A DNA stretch of 64,000 bases from Cirrosporium novae-zelandiae (Eukaryota): contig JAPETS010000028.1 of the NCBI GenBank assembly GCA_026023565.1, forward strand, positions 124,001-188,000, written 5' to 3'. Each line of letters begins with the position of its first letter. The stretch's first letter is position 1. A program made the translations under genes and the position numbers. Shown here piece by piece: positions 11,277 through 26,200 of the stretch. The notes beneath the pieces are model-generated. The model saw nothing but the letters and a program-made list of their open reading frames with translations, was not told the origin of the DNA and did no database searches.

Positions 11277-13121
11277 AGTGACTGATTTGTGTAAATTAAA
11301 AAATTAATTCTACTTTGTGGAAACAAAGTCAATGAAGCGGATGATAATATTTTTGTTGAGAATGAGGAAATGAGGGAGCAAAAGATTGAAGTGATTTGTT
11401 TTGATGTCTGATCTGAAAGATAGGACTGACGGGGCTAAAAACTGTGGCTCTGCGGAAGAGGCTTTATTTATTACAGGTGAGATTTCAAATGCAAGAGTTT
11501 AGTTTGCTTTGCTTTCTTTCCCGAGGCTGTCAAAAGAGTGATCATCAAGGACCAGTGAATATAGCAAGTGGATTAGTTTAGTTAGCTAGTCTGTGGATGA
11601 ACAGGATTGACAGGAGAGGGAGGGAGAAGTGGATGGACGTGAATGGAGTGAGGAATGGGCCCTTGTCATGTTTTGTTTCGGATGTTTACAGGGTGTTTTT
11701 TTTTGCAAGGTGGTTACAAGATGGTTACAAGGTGCTCACAGGTGTTTTACAGTGTGGGTTTTGTTTACAGCCTAGGTATATAGTCGACGCAACATCTAAT
11801 ATCAGAGATATTTTTAACCTTGTCAAAAGGGTAGTTTGTTGGGTCTTTACTACCTCTGGTTTAGTACGGTAACTTTGGTTCCTGACGATCCTGGCGATCC
11901 CTTATGATTATGACAACATCCTTAATTCCCCATTCATTCTGATCTTCCAAGTTTCAACCCATCCAGCATTTCCCTGACCTCATTCGCTCCTGTTAATTTT
12001 GCTTAATTTCTTTAATTTCTTTCAAATTCTTGCCACTGACCAGGACCAATTGTAGCTTGATCAACTATGGGGACCATTCTTGAAGAAAGACGGCCCCACC
12101 GGAAGTATGGGAAATGAAGGAAAAGGGGTTTCACCGCCGCTTCAACAGTTAGGTCGTCGCATTGTCAACCAGAATTTCCCGACCCAGGGCTTGGGCTTAG
12201 GGCTCAGGGCTTAAACCGCCCTGCTGACATTACATACAGTAAGTAACCCAACAACCCCCAACGGCGACATTCATGAGTATTTATAATAGTCAAAAGCAGA
12301 GAATAAACTTAAATCATGCTTTTACTCATTTTTCTCCTCTTTTTTTCTCTCCAAAAGCTGTACAAACTGTTTCTTATACATTTATACGGTTATACAGTTA
12401 TACATATTTGTTGTGCATTTGCTTTGTTTTCTCGGTTTTCAAGTTGCTCCGGTTAGGCTTCTCCAGAATATCTGAAACCTCCGTCCCAACCAAGCAATCT
12501 TAAGTACACAATGTTCAACGCCCTGCATTAATTCATTGTTGCCAAATTAATTAACTTCTCATTTAAGATGCTTAATTACTCTACATAGTATAACCTCAAC
12601 AGTAGGTCTTTGGTATCGCCTTCCTTCCTCAGACAGACCAAATCAGGTGTTCCGGCAGGACAAGAGCCTAGACTCCTAGGAATCATCTTAGCTCAATCAT
12701 TCTTAGAGTTCCAATCCTACTCCTTGCATTATCCTTCCCCCCCATGCGCTCATATACACTGATATTCAGAGAAGGATAAAATATCCAATTTCTATTCCTA
12801 AAGAGGTGAGAAGAGTCAACCTGGTTACGATGAAGGAACGTAGTTGCCCAGAATGCCATCTCCATTATTCCATATTATAAGTCGTTGAGTGTTCCAACCC
12901 GGGGATCATCAAGCCAAAGGAAATAACAGCCCAGGGAAATAGGAAAGACCAGGAGAGTACGGAATAATTATTCAATGAAGAGGAAGCAGTACAGAAATTC
13001 AAACAATACCATAATTCCTGAATGAACAGGTGCCAGCACCGAACTTAAGGGTAAAATGCGACGCAGACTTTAATAGCAAATGGACCCCGTAACGGCTAGG
13101 TAGGTGAGCTTGACATCCAAA

Positions 13122-16100
13122 TCAGAGGAAGACAGTATCCTTCAAACTCTCCTCGGAAATTTTCATCCCTCTTCTTCTTCCACTCAAGAACAAATCTATC
13201 ATATTTTTCCCGCCCATGACTTCCGGGTCCATTTCTGGCGATTGTTGACTTAGCAATCGTTTTGGGAGACTTGGTCCTGTGCTAAACCGGGCATTTTCCC
13301 TTCTTGATGTGCTATCGTTTTCCTGTCTAACATTTTCCTTGCGGGTTGAAGGTGCACGACTGCTCTGGATCCTTCGCAATCTTGCAATGCGCTCAGGACT
13401 TTGTTTTCTTGTGACAGAGGTCGTCTCGAAGGGCATCTCACTTTCACCCGCTTCTTGATTAGCATTTCCAAGAGGCTCAAGGTCGACCTTGATTGTATTA
13501 GAAACAAGATGGGAATAAATGCCATCACTCGTAGCAGAACGCACGGAGAAGTTGGAAGGTCGTCTACAGACACTATTCAAAGTATGATGGTCCTGGGAAG
13601 ACAATATTTTACTGGCATCGTCGCTCAAAGCATGATATTCAGTTATATGAGATATTTCTCGATACGAGGGACGCCGCTGGATTGTGGCCGAAGTGCGAGT
13701 CTTTTGCCCCAGCAATGGGAATCTGTCAATCATAGGAGTGCGGGGACGAGGGATAGGGTTTATTGGGCTCGAGCTTGGGGCTGCATTTCGAGATTCTTCC
13801 TGTGATGCTATTATGGACCCCCTTCTAGATATCTGCCTATTTAGATTAACAGAAGGCCCTGAAGGACCGATGTCGCTGTCGTCTCCCACGATTTCTGCCC
13901 TCTCCCGTCGATGTCCGATTCTTGGACCTTCGACAATGACCGGACGTCCCGAGAGTTTCTCTCCGAGTTTAAGATCCAGCAAAGAAAGCTGAGATGCTGT
14001 CCAGTTCTGCCACTCTTTGGCTGCCAAAGATTCTTCGTCTCTCTCTGTTTCAACATCCGGTTGATGGGCAGTACTAGGCGGGTGTTGATATCTGGTCGAC
14101 TCAGAGGTCAAAATTGTTGCAACTCCCGGCTCGCAGTTTGAGGACTCATCCTCATCTAGCACAACCAGCGATATAGCACTATCCGCAGACCTCGAAAGAT
14201 CTTTTAGAGGATTCCTGTAGAGGTTCTTATATGAGTCTCTGTAAGAATCATTGTCGGTGTGTTCTGAGTACATGCTGTTAGTAGAATCTGATTGTTCGCG
14301 AGGCTCTTCTTTAACAGTGAGACATTTCACAATAACACTTTCAGTGTCATCCCAAAACTGTTCGTTTTCTCGCTGAGCCCTTCGCTCTACCATGTAAGGA
14401 CTTGAAGCTGCACTTGAAATTTCGGAAAGGAAAGGAAAGAAAGCTGATCGGACTTCTCGGAGCGGCTTTCTCTGGCTATTATTCCTGCGACTTTCATAGC
14501 GATTTGCAACTTGTTGCGGGGTAAGGCCTAAACGGTCACCAGGGTAGCTTGGCTTCCGGTTCAGCTGCATCGCGCTTTTGCTACCCTTCATTGGATGATT
14601 GTGGTTCTTATGCTGAGAGACCCTATTATCAGTTTCACCATAAGACACAAAGGTAGCAGTAACAGCAGTTGAAATAGGGGTTCCTGCGGGTTTCATGTAT
14701 TCTTCAGCTGGCGTTTGGACCACTCTACGAATAGTGGCGCCAACCCTCTTCATACGTGTGGATGAATTTTTTGGTCGCTGGATTGGCGTGCTGGGGCTCT
14801 TGGTCATCATATTTTCTTCTCTCGAGTCTCTGGCCACTTCATCCTGCTCAGAGTTTCCACTGCCCTCTTTGATTTCTTTCAACAAAGCTGAATGCAATCT
14901 CTTAGTATCAACTAACTTGTTAACCCGTGGCATACCTATGTTGCTATTGAGAGGTTTCCTAAATAAAGCATAGCCCGTTCCATGAGCAGCATAAGACCTT
15001 GATGGCTGATGAGGCCCTCCGTTCTCTTGGATTATGGAAAGGCGTTTTCGCTCTGCCGCCATATGCCGGGAACTAGCCGTCGTTGCAATGGAGTTCGCCC
15101 AGCTCGTAACTCGGGATTTTGATCTTGTCGAGCTGTCCTGGCTGGGATTTCTGTGACTATTTCCAAGATAGCTTCCAGGATCTTCTTGAGAACGAATTGA
15201 ATGGAGAGAGGGTGTTCGAGATCCAAAACGAGACATTAACTCCTCGCTTGTACTTGTGGCATCTTTCACACTAGGCGCAATGCCAACTTTGGGGGATTTA
15301 CATGAATAATCTCGGAAGTGTAGACGGCTGGCATTAAGTTGTTGAGGAGGGCATTGTTCGGCTGGTTGGGAGGATCTCCTAAATACTCGTTGAAATTTAT
15401 TCCTAACCTGGATAGAGAAGATCCTGGCCTTCTGACCAACACCATAAGACTTCTTGGCATCATCACAATGGTCCGAAGAAGCGATACCACTTCCATTTGT
15501 ATTATTACTACAATCTCGCACAGTTTTGCGTAGAGCTTTTGTTTGCCGCTGGAATTTGTTTGCAAATATAAACGATGGACGTTCTCGTAATCTCTGTTGT
15601 TGCAAGCTCTGCAAGTATTGATCTCGGGCAATCTGGACAGCCTCGTCTTGGCCATCAGGAGGTCGATGCCCACGGGAGAGGTTCTCCGAGACGCCTCTCA
15701 AAAATGACATTGAATGCTTTAGACTTACACTTCTTTGACAACCTCCATTCTGGGTTGGCTGTCGAATGCCCTGGCTTCGGAGAGAGGAGTCTCGATGAAG
15801 TCCGGGGCTATGTACCGATTTAGATTTCCGTAGCCTTCGGTACGATGATGGTGTGGATGGGAGAAGCTCTTCGAATATAGTTTGGGCATTATCGATATGG
15901 TGCAGAGCGTCGGTTAAGGATACTAGTGGCTCAGGAGCTGGATCGGGTAAACTAGATCTTGGTGTAGAGTTCACAGTTTGACGCGGTCGGCCGCCTTGAA
16001 AACGTTGTGCATGCAGTGGTGAGTGTTTATGGAACCCAGCAGTCTGTTTTCTACGAACGAGTTTTACTGCCTTATCCTCCTGCAATTTAGTATTACTCAT

Positions 16101-16274
16101 AGCCACCCGTTCGTTAGCTCTTTCAAAAGCATGTGAAGCTGCGGCGATTGCATGTTGACGCGCAGTTTCTGGATCTAAACTTTCAGACTTCAATGGTACA
16201 TGATGTTTATAGGAGGACGTTGATTTAGCTCGTCGCAGGCGTGTCGAGGCCTCGCTGTTCCCTCGTGAAAGCAT
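13122..16274 (-). CDS. Uncharacterised 1050-aa Ser/Arg-rich, largely disordered protein
   Basis: Long uninterrupted ORF with low-complexity composition and short motif-like blocks (RLRRAKST, SRVTSW, RLSIIQE). No domain recognised. Confidence 0.8.
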   Translation of the reverse strand: MLSRGNSEASTRLRRAKSTSSYKHHVPLKSESLDPETARQHAIAAASHAFERANERVAMSNTKLQEDKAVKLVRRKQTAGFHKHSPLHAQRFQGGRPRQTVNSTPRSSLPDPAPEPLVSLTDALHHIDNAQTIFEELLPSTPSSYRRLRKSKSVHSPGLHRDSSLRSQGIRQPTQNGGCQRSVSLKHSMSFLRGVSENLSRGHRPPDGQDEAVQIARDQYLQSLQQQRLRERPSFIFANKFQRQTKALRKTVRDCSNNTNGSGIASSDHCDDAKKSYGVGQKARIFSIQVRNKFQRVFRRSSQPAEQCPPQQLNASRLHFRDYSCKSPKVGIAPSVKDATSTSEELMSRFGSRTPSLHSIRSQEDPGSYLGNSHRNPSQDSSTRSKSRVTSWANSIATTASSRHMAAERKRLSIIQENGGPHQPSRSYAAHGTGYALFRKPLNSNIGMPRVNKLVDTKRLHSALLKEIKEGSGNSEQDEVARDSREENMMTKSPSTPIQRPKNSSTRMKRVGATIRRVVQTPAEEYMKPAGTPISTAVTATFVSYGETDNRVSQHKNHNHPMKGSKSAMQLNRKPSYPGDRLGLTPQQVANRYESRRNNSQRKPLREVRSAFFPFLSEISSAASSPYMVERRAQRENEQFWDDTESVIVKCLTVKEEPREQSDSTNSMYSEHTDNDSYRDSYKNLYRNPLKDLSRSADSAISLVVLDEDESSNCEPGVATILTSESTRYQHPPSTAHQPDVETERDEESLAAKEWQNWTASQLSLLDLKLGEKLSGRPVIVEGPRIGHRRERAEIVGDDSDIGPSGPSVNLNRQISRRGSIIASQEESRNAAPSSSPINPIPRPRTPMIDRFPLLGQKTRTSATIQRRPSYREISHITEYHALSDDASKILSSQDHHTLNSVCRRPSNFSVRSATSDGIYSHLVSNTIKVDLEPLGNANQEAGESEMPFETTSVTRKQSPERIARLRRIQSSRAPSTRKENVRQENDSTSRRENARFSTGPSLPKRLLSQQSPEMDPEVMGGKNMIDLFLSGRRRGMKISEESLKDTVFL

Positions 16275-17369
16275 TGAGCAACAATGGTGCTAGCTCATCG
16301 GCTGATCTTAGTTGTAGAGCGTATCCCAAGACCAATGTAATGATGTTTCAACAGAGACTTAGCCTTAATTTTGCAATGGGTAATTTGTGTTATGGAGAGT
16401 GGGGACTAGATGGAGAGCCAACAATGGAAAATGGAAGTCTCGTTAGATAAATTCCATCATAGTTTACTCCTCGGGGTAGAGAAGGAACTAGAGAGAAGCA
16501 ACTTAATATTTTGCACTGTGATCAACCTTGGAAGTAGGTAGTAGTGGCCGTGGATCTTGAGCATCTTGTCCGCATCATTATAAGTGCCTCAGCTGTCGAA
16601 ATAGAGAAACTGCGGTTTATTCAGGAAGTTCAAGCGTCGGGAAAATAATATGAAAGGAAGCACCGAATGATATCCTTGTGCCTTGTCTCATTCCTAACTC
16701 CTAGAGGGTCAATAGCTACATGATGAAGTTTCGTCAATTTGTAAAGTTGTGGTCCGCATTTCTATCTTACATCCGCTAGGAATGTAATTCTGTATTAAAT
16801 TTCAGTATCAAATAATGAGTAATTGGTCGAAGGTTGAATGAGAACGGTAGACAAGATAGTGAGGGGGGGCTAGCAAGTGAAGGAGAAGGCCGCCACTTTG
16901 ATAAATGCCGCCACGACAGATTGTACCATCACTATCCGAAGCTTTAATCAGTTACTTATATCTATCTAGCATAAGATTGTAATAATAATTCTTACAGTCG
17001 TGATCGAATTTATAAGTTTAGAGCCCATAACCAGAAAGCTTGATGATAAACCAATTCAGAATTCTCTGAACTAAATTTGCAATCACATCATGTAGGGAAA
17101 TAGTAGTCTAGGGATTGGGTTCACTCATTCATTGGTATTAGCTGAAAAGCTCCTAAAGTACACTAAACTTCCAATATAATTGTATCAATTTCCAATACCA
17201 TGTGATACTAATGTCTTTCACAATGAGTTCTACAACAAAACAATCAAAGAGAGACCTATGTACCTAAACCCTAACTGCAACACTGTGTAATGCCAGACCT
17301 GAGCCATGAAAAACCATTCTTGCATATTAGACGCCGTCCGGTTTCCCAACCCGGAAATTTAGCTCATCT

Positions 17370-19438
<2,069 letters not shown>

Positions 19439-20214
19439 GATGAAGGTTGAAGAATGAAGGGATCTCTAGATGATTCTGCAGTAGAAAATGAAGATGATAG
19501 AAAGATGGATGAAGTGGAGGAAGGATGAATGGAGGAAGGAAAGGGAAGAGAGAGGATGAGGAAGTAAGAGAGCAAGAAGTAAGAGGTCGGGAGGATGACG
19601 AGCTTCAAGTAGGAAGGGCCAGTAGGCGAGCTCTCAAGGCAGCCAATCCAATGACTCGTGACTCCTTTTTAGCGTTATCTGGTTTCCTTATCAACCGTGA
19701 ACGGCGTTAGGACAAGACTTGCGCAGTAGGCCTCTAAACCATTCCGTATGATTGCAGCAGGGGTTTCAAAACTTACAGTAATTAGGTCCTCAGTGTACAG
19801 TACATAGTACATAGCAGAGTACTGTGGTGGTACTGTGGTACGTGGGTACTGAAACTAAATTGCCGATGATACACAATGCTCAAGGAATAAATATCATAAT
19901 AATGATTTGAGTGAGTGCCCTTTCGAATATGAAGACTTGAAACATACACAAGTCAAACTATTGACGCACTAGACAATTAATTGTTCAAAGATTTCAAAGA
20001 TTCAAAAGACGGCTTTCAAGTATCCCCTCCAAACCTTCAGAAACACCGACAATCCGTCTACATCAAAGGAAGACTGCAGATGGCTGCATCCTCGACTCGT
20101 GGGATTCCTCTGCAAGATTTATGCCCCCTTTAAACAAGCCTCTCCACGCCACTATCCTCTCCCAATGGTAGAGCTCAACTTGACTCTACCTCAAGCTCGG
20201 AGCTGGACTTCGCC

Positions 20215-23200
20215 ATGGGAAACCAAGAAGGACGATCAAGGGCGCTGACGTCGGATTCTAGCAGGAGTGCTCGCAAACCCTCCAATACCGAACTCCAACT
20301 GCTTCTTGAGGCTCTCGATAGTAGCTTTACGTCGCCAGATCCCCTTTACTTCTCCGAAAGAGCGTCTTCGTCAACCGAATACCTTTCCCGCATTAGGCAT
20401 GCTCTCATTGACGTATTCGACGCGAGCCTCGCCAAAGATGTTTTTCGTCACCTTGGAGGATTCCAAGTAATTCTAAATGTTATTCGATACCTATCAAGCT
20501 CTTACGATCTTTCAAAGTTATCTGAACTTGACCGTAGAGGATTTTTTGTGCTACTACGAGCTGCTTTTACAGTACTCTCTGAAAGTCTACGGGAACACCC
20601 AGGCAATGTGAGATATTTTGCGCAAAGAGTTGATGGCGGTGGATGGGCAGCACTAGAGCAGGCGCTTGCTGGATTAGCCACTGCTTTTGTATCGTCCCCC
20701 CAAGATGGCTATTCTAGTGACATGGAAGAGTTTGTGGGATGCATCCTTGGACTCGCTCTGGGGGATGAGATGTTATGCGAGAGATTTATCTCTCTTATGA
20801 AGGGATTGAAAGAAGAACAATGGTGTGAGGGGATATCCAGGGGGCAAAAATTGGAATCTGAGGAAGAAGTGGCTGAATCCATTCGGCAGCGACTAGACAA
20901 AGCTTTGACAACTAATGATTATCTTCAGAATGCTGAGATAATTCATTCTAGCGTTAAATTGTGGCTTCTACAAACCCAGGTCGACCAGAAAGGACTCTCC
21001 GGCCAATACTTGACTGGTCTTTGCTTTATCGCTTCAGTGAGCCGTCTCGCTAATCTGTCGAAGTATAACCTCGTTGTGCTCCATTCGACGGGCTTGCTCA
21101 GTACGATCCTTCCATATTGTTTCAACTCATCGTTGGCAAGTATCGAATCCCATCTACTTGTTGAACTAGCGCAGAAATTGTGCTCGCTTGGAACAAACAA
21201 CCTTGACGATGCTGCTGTGCTCTTCCGCAACGCAGGCTCATCTACTGAGGTTGGAACGTTCCTGCTCCAAGTGTTACAAGCTTCTCGACAGCCTCCATAT
21301 ATACAATTTGACCTCGGTATTTCGGGATTTGCTGCCATTGAATTATCAAACTTAGGGCGTACATTTCCACCAACTTCGTCCGCTGGCTATACTCTTGCGG
21401 TATGGGCATACTTCGATGAATTTGATGAGAATTCTCACACAACTATTTTTGGAGCTTTTGATAGCACCCAAACCTGTTTCCTTCTCGCTTACCTCGAAAA
21501 GGACACTCGTAATTTTATATTGCAGACATCTGTGAAATCGTCCCGTAACCCAAGTGTACGATTCAAATCCATTGCGTTTCAGGCCCGGCGGTGGTATCAT
21601 ATATGTATTGTACACCGCCACGCGCGGACAACTACACCATCGCGCGCTTCTCTATATGTTGATGGGGATTTTGTGGAAGAGCTGAAATGTCACTACCCAC
21701 TAAGTCCTCCTGTGGTGCGATCTGCATCCGAATCACACAGCCTAAATCTATATAATGGAAGGCATGCTCCCGTCCAAGCCTTCCTTGGAACACCGCAAGA
21801 TCTCGCAGCCAAAATAGGGAGGGGTTCTGTGACATCGCGGTGGTCTCTTGGATCCGCCCATCTGTTTGAAGAGGCTTTATCGGATGATTTGATAGCTGTC
21901 TATCACCAGCTCGGTCCTCGTTATCAGGGAAACTTTCAAGATTGTCTGGGCTCATTCCAAACCTATGAAGCTTCTGCAGCTCTAAATGTAAGAAATGAAA
22001 GTCTGCACCCAGGTAAGGAAGACCATTCCGACATTGTCACAGCAATCAAATCGAAAGCTAGCGGCCTACTTCTCGAACACCGAGTCTTATTAAACATTTC
22101 TCCCGTAGTTGTCTTGGACAATGATGATCGGAATAATATAGATGAATCTCAGCTAATCAAAGCTCTATCAAAGCAAGCGTCTAAAAACTTGCAACGATTC
22201 ACCCGCTCTGGTGGCAATGCTATTGGCATCAACGGGGCAGTACCGGCAATCAATGATGCCTTAACACAACCTCACGGTGTTGCCCTGTTTACACGAGATC
22301 CCGTTGTAGGTGTGCCAAAATCATTTGACGACGCATGTTGGCGTCTTGGAGGCACTGTGGCTGTGACCTTAAATCTTGTTGGATCTGCGAAGACGCGAGA
22401 GACAGTTTTCCAAGCTGTTAGCATCCTTTTTGAGACCATCAAAGAACATTGGAGAAATAGTGAGGCAATAGAACGAGAAAATGGTTACGGAGTGCTTGCA
22501 TGTCTATTACGAGAGAAACTCGGAGCAGGGCAACTTTTGAATGCATTACCGACTGAAGTCTCTGGACCCATTGAGGGTGGGAAGGAGGAAATAATGAAAC
22601 TGACGTCCCAGCTATTACATCTAGTCTTGGAATTTGTTGGATATGATGCCGACCACCCAGAAAACTCAATAGTTAACAACCCCCTAGCTTATAGGATCCT
22701 ACTCTTGGATTTCGATTTATGGAAAAATGCATCAATATCCGCACAAAAACTTTACTATAGCCAGTTTAAGACGTTTTCGACGAAAAGCAAAAACCATCTT
22801 TTCAATGCTAGGCGTCTATCAAGAATGAGTACGCCATATTCTACATTTACGGAGGACTATACTAATGAACATTCAGGGGTTGTCAAGAAAATGATCGATG
22901 CTTTAAAAGGCCAGCCCATTTCAAAAGATGTTTTTCCCTCCTTCCTTGATGCCTTCAAGGAGCTGGTCAATTGCAACATTTCAACCGAGACCCTTCGATG
23001 TTTGGCTTTATTCGTGACATATGCTCTTCACAAAACTAAGTCCACATCGGCTCTTCGACCACGGAAAAGCATGAAGCAAATCCGTGGAAAGGTACAATCA
23101 CCTGTTCGATCTCATTTCTCTTCTTCCGAGTCCATTAGCTCCCATGACATGAGTGATTTGGTATCACATAAACAGATGGGAATAGAAATCCTTGGACTAT

Positions 23201-26200
23201 ATTGTGATATCCTGTGCAATGAACCTGGTGTCGCCCAATTAAAGAAGTTTGCAAGGACTGTGACCAACAAGTGGTTGCTCTATCTTCTAGCTAGTGAGGA
23301 GCCGGAAGTCGTCGTGTACGGTTTAAAGATTCTGGCGCGATTATTTGTTATTCACAGTACACCCTACTTGAAAAAGTTCGCAGATAAATCAGGAGGGTTT
23401 GTCATACTTCAACATCGCCTTGCTAGGTGGTGGAATATTCCTACAATATGGACTCTATGTTTTGCAATCCTGTTCGGTGTAGATGTGGCAAAGATCGACT
23501 TTGAGCGCTCTTTCGATCTGTTCAGTCTCTTGGAAACCTTTGGAACAGAGGACGTGAAGGTTATATACCCAGAGGTGCTGCCAGTACTCACTATTCTATT
23601 CAGAAAAGCATTGCATGCTATTGTTAAGGCGCCGGACGATGGTGGAATATCATCTCAAAAGCAACCAACTGGGTCAACTAAAACAGGACTACTCGAAGTT
23701 CAGAGGCCGCGCCATGCAAGGAAACGTTCTATGTCTCTCAACGATGAACTGAAGTCTCAAAAAGAGCCTCGAAACCCGACGCAGCGCCTGCAAGAAGAAG
23801 CTACCCTTCTGCACGCTATCTCCAGATTCTTAGCTGACATCCATATGAAGTCGCAGGATTTTCGCAACTTTACGGCCTCTTCGCGCTACGTCCAGGAATT
23901 GCTATTCGCGCTCTTCCCCATCGTAGTGAGCTCGGACAGCCTAAGTCCTGAATTAGAGCTAAATTCTCGAGATCGCGGACTAAGTTTCAATGGAAATGAT
24001 GTAGTGATCAGGCCACTTGCGCGGCATAATACTGAAGCAGCTCCAATAGTACGAACTACAGTAGTACAGCCACCTCCAAGTCCGGTACCTCATAAGGCGC
24101 GGCCCCTCCGGCGTGGATCATCTTTTATCTTGATCACATCAGACCCATCACAGCATAGCCCTTCTCCTGCTCGACTCCGTCAGGTCATGTCTCCTACCAC
24201 GAAAAGAAATGTTACTTTGAATGTCTCCAGTACAGCCGTTCAGGATCTTCTTGAACTCGTGATTGGCGTCTTATCGGATCAACTATTGTCAAGAAAGGAT
24301 TTCTCCGGATTTGGCCTATTCCTGAAAGTCCCACCCGGGTTTCAAGAACATCGTGTTTATTTTGAGACTTATCTGCTTCAAAACATTCTCTCTCATTTAA
24401 CGAACACCATACAATTAGACCAAAAGCTTTTGTGGGAGCCAAGAGTGCTGACGAACCTAGCTCGCTTTGCTACCCATTTGGGCGAAGCTGTTTATGAAGG
24501 CTGGTTTCTGAATGGTCCAGAAGCAGTTCTGGACTTTGCTGGATCAATGCTTGAGTATCTTCAACGCCCGGATATCGCAAAAATCAAAAGCGTTCGCTTG
24601 TGCAGCCAAGCCATTGCTACTATTCGTACAGTTGTCTTCAGAGTGGTTCTTCTCCGTTTATCGGAGTTGGATGGTTCAGACTCAAGCAGTGATTCATTGT
24701 GCTTCCTGGAAAAGCTTACGTACTGGCAGACAATTCTTTTATCAAGTGAAGACACACACCCGGATTTCCTTAGGCTAATATGCTATCTGCTTTACACCAA
24801 GCTGGTCAGCCCATTTGAGTCCGTAAGGTTGGCTGCAGCAAACCTCTGGCGTGTTGTGTTGGTCCAAAAACCTGATGAGACTGCGCTCTTACTCAATCAT
24901 GCAGTAACAGCAGACCAGAAACGGCTTTCGGCTGGTTTCAAGAAGATTGTAGAGTTAGACAATGAAACCTTCATCTACTGGATCGACAACCAGAGAGAAG
25001 ACCTTGACGCATTCTTTTTCGGGGCAATGTCTAAATCATGGGAGGATTTTGTAGCTGATGAAAATCGGAAAACGAAGGATACAGCAGACATGAGACTCGC
25101 GAAGAGGAGAGAGAAACTGAAACAGTGGTTGCAAGAAGACCTTACCAGAGACGACATCATTCGTCGTCATGAAGTTTCTGCAGATCATTGGACTGCTAAT
25201 ATTCATTCGTCGGAGCATATGAAATATCAACGCACTCTCCAGGACCATCAAGATAATACTACATTTATGGTATCTAAATTTTCCAAGATGATCCGGGATC
25301 TTAAACGCCCTGGGGGTTTGTTGGAAGAATCCACATCTCCCAAATGGCGACTAGATCAAACCGAAGGACGAAACCGGATGCGACTTCGTCTTGTTCCGGA
25401 CTATGATGCTCATCTCTATGACTATCAGCCCAAACGAAAGACCACCAATACCCACTCACGAGCTGATATCCATCTTGATACTAAGGTTAAGCCTACTTCT
25501 AATCTAGCAGTAACTCCTGGTGGTGATCAGAGTAGTGTGCCTACCAATGGTAATTCTCCAGTCATTGCTGCCCAAGGGGAACCTGAGAATGAGCATCAAC
25601 CATTGCTTTCAGAGCATGACGATGGCTTTGAGATTGTCGACGATCCTCGTGAAGATGATAATTTTGAGGACAAAAATAGAAAAGTTATGCGCAGTTTACA
25701 GCGCGGTGATCAGGTTGAATATGTTAATAATATATCGCGAATAATTGGTCTGGAAGCCTGTGAAGGCCTGTTTATCCTTGGGAAAGATCATTTATATCTT
25801 CTTGACAATTTCTTTCAACGTGCTGATGGTGAGATCGTCAATGTCTGGCAAGCACCCCCAGAAGAACGAGATCCATATCTCCAAATGATTTCCGGCAGAG
25901 ATACTGGTGGTCGCAACGTTTCTATTGACAAGGAAGCGCATGAAACGAGGAGTTGGCACTGGGATGATGTTATCAGTGTATCAAAGCGTCGGTTCCTCTT
26001 CCGAGATGTTGCTTTGGAAGTCTTCTTCACCGATGGTCGGAGCTATCTGCTTATAGCTGCCTCTCCTACAATGCGTGACGATTTGTTCACTAGGATCACG
26101 TCAAAAGCTCCCTATATAAATGGCAGTACGAAGTTGAACTATGCCGAGCAACCATGGAGGCTTGATTTGTTGAGGACTCCAGATGAAGAACCACAGTCAT

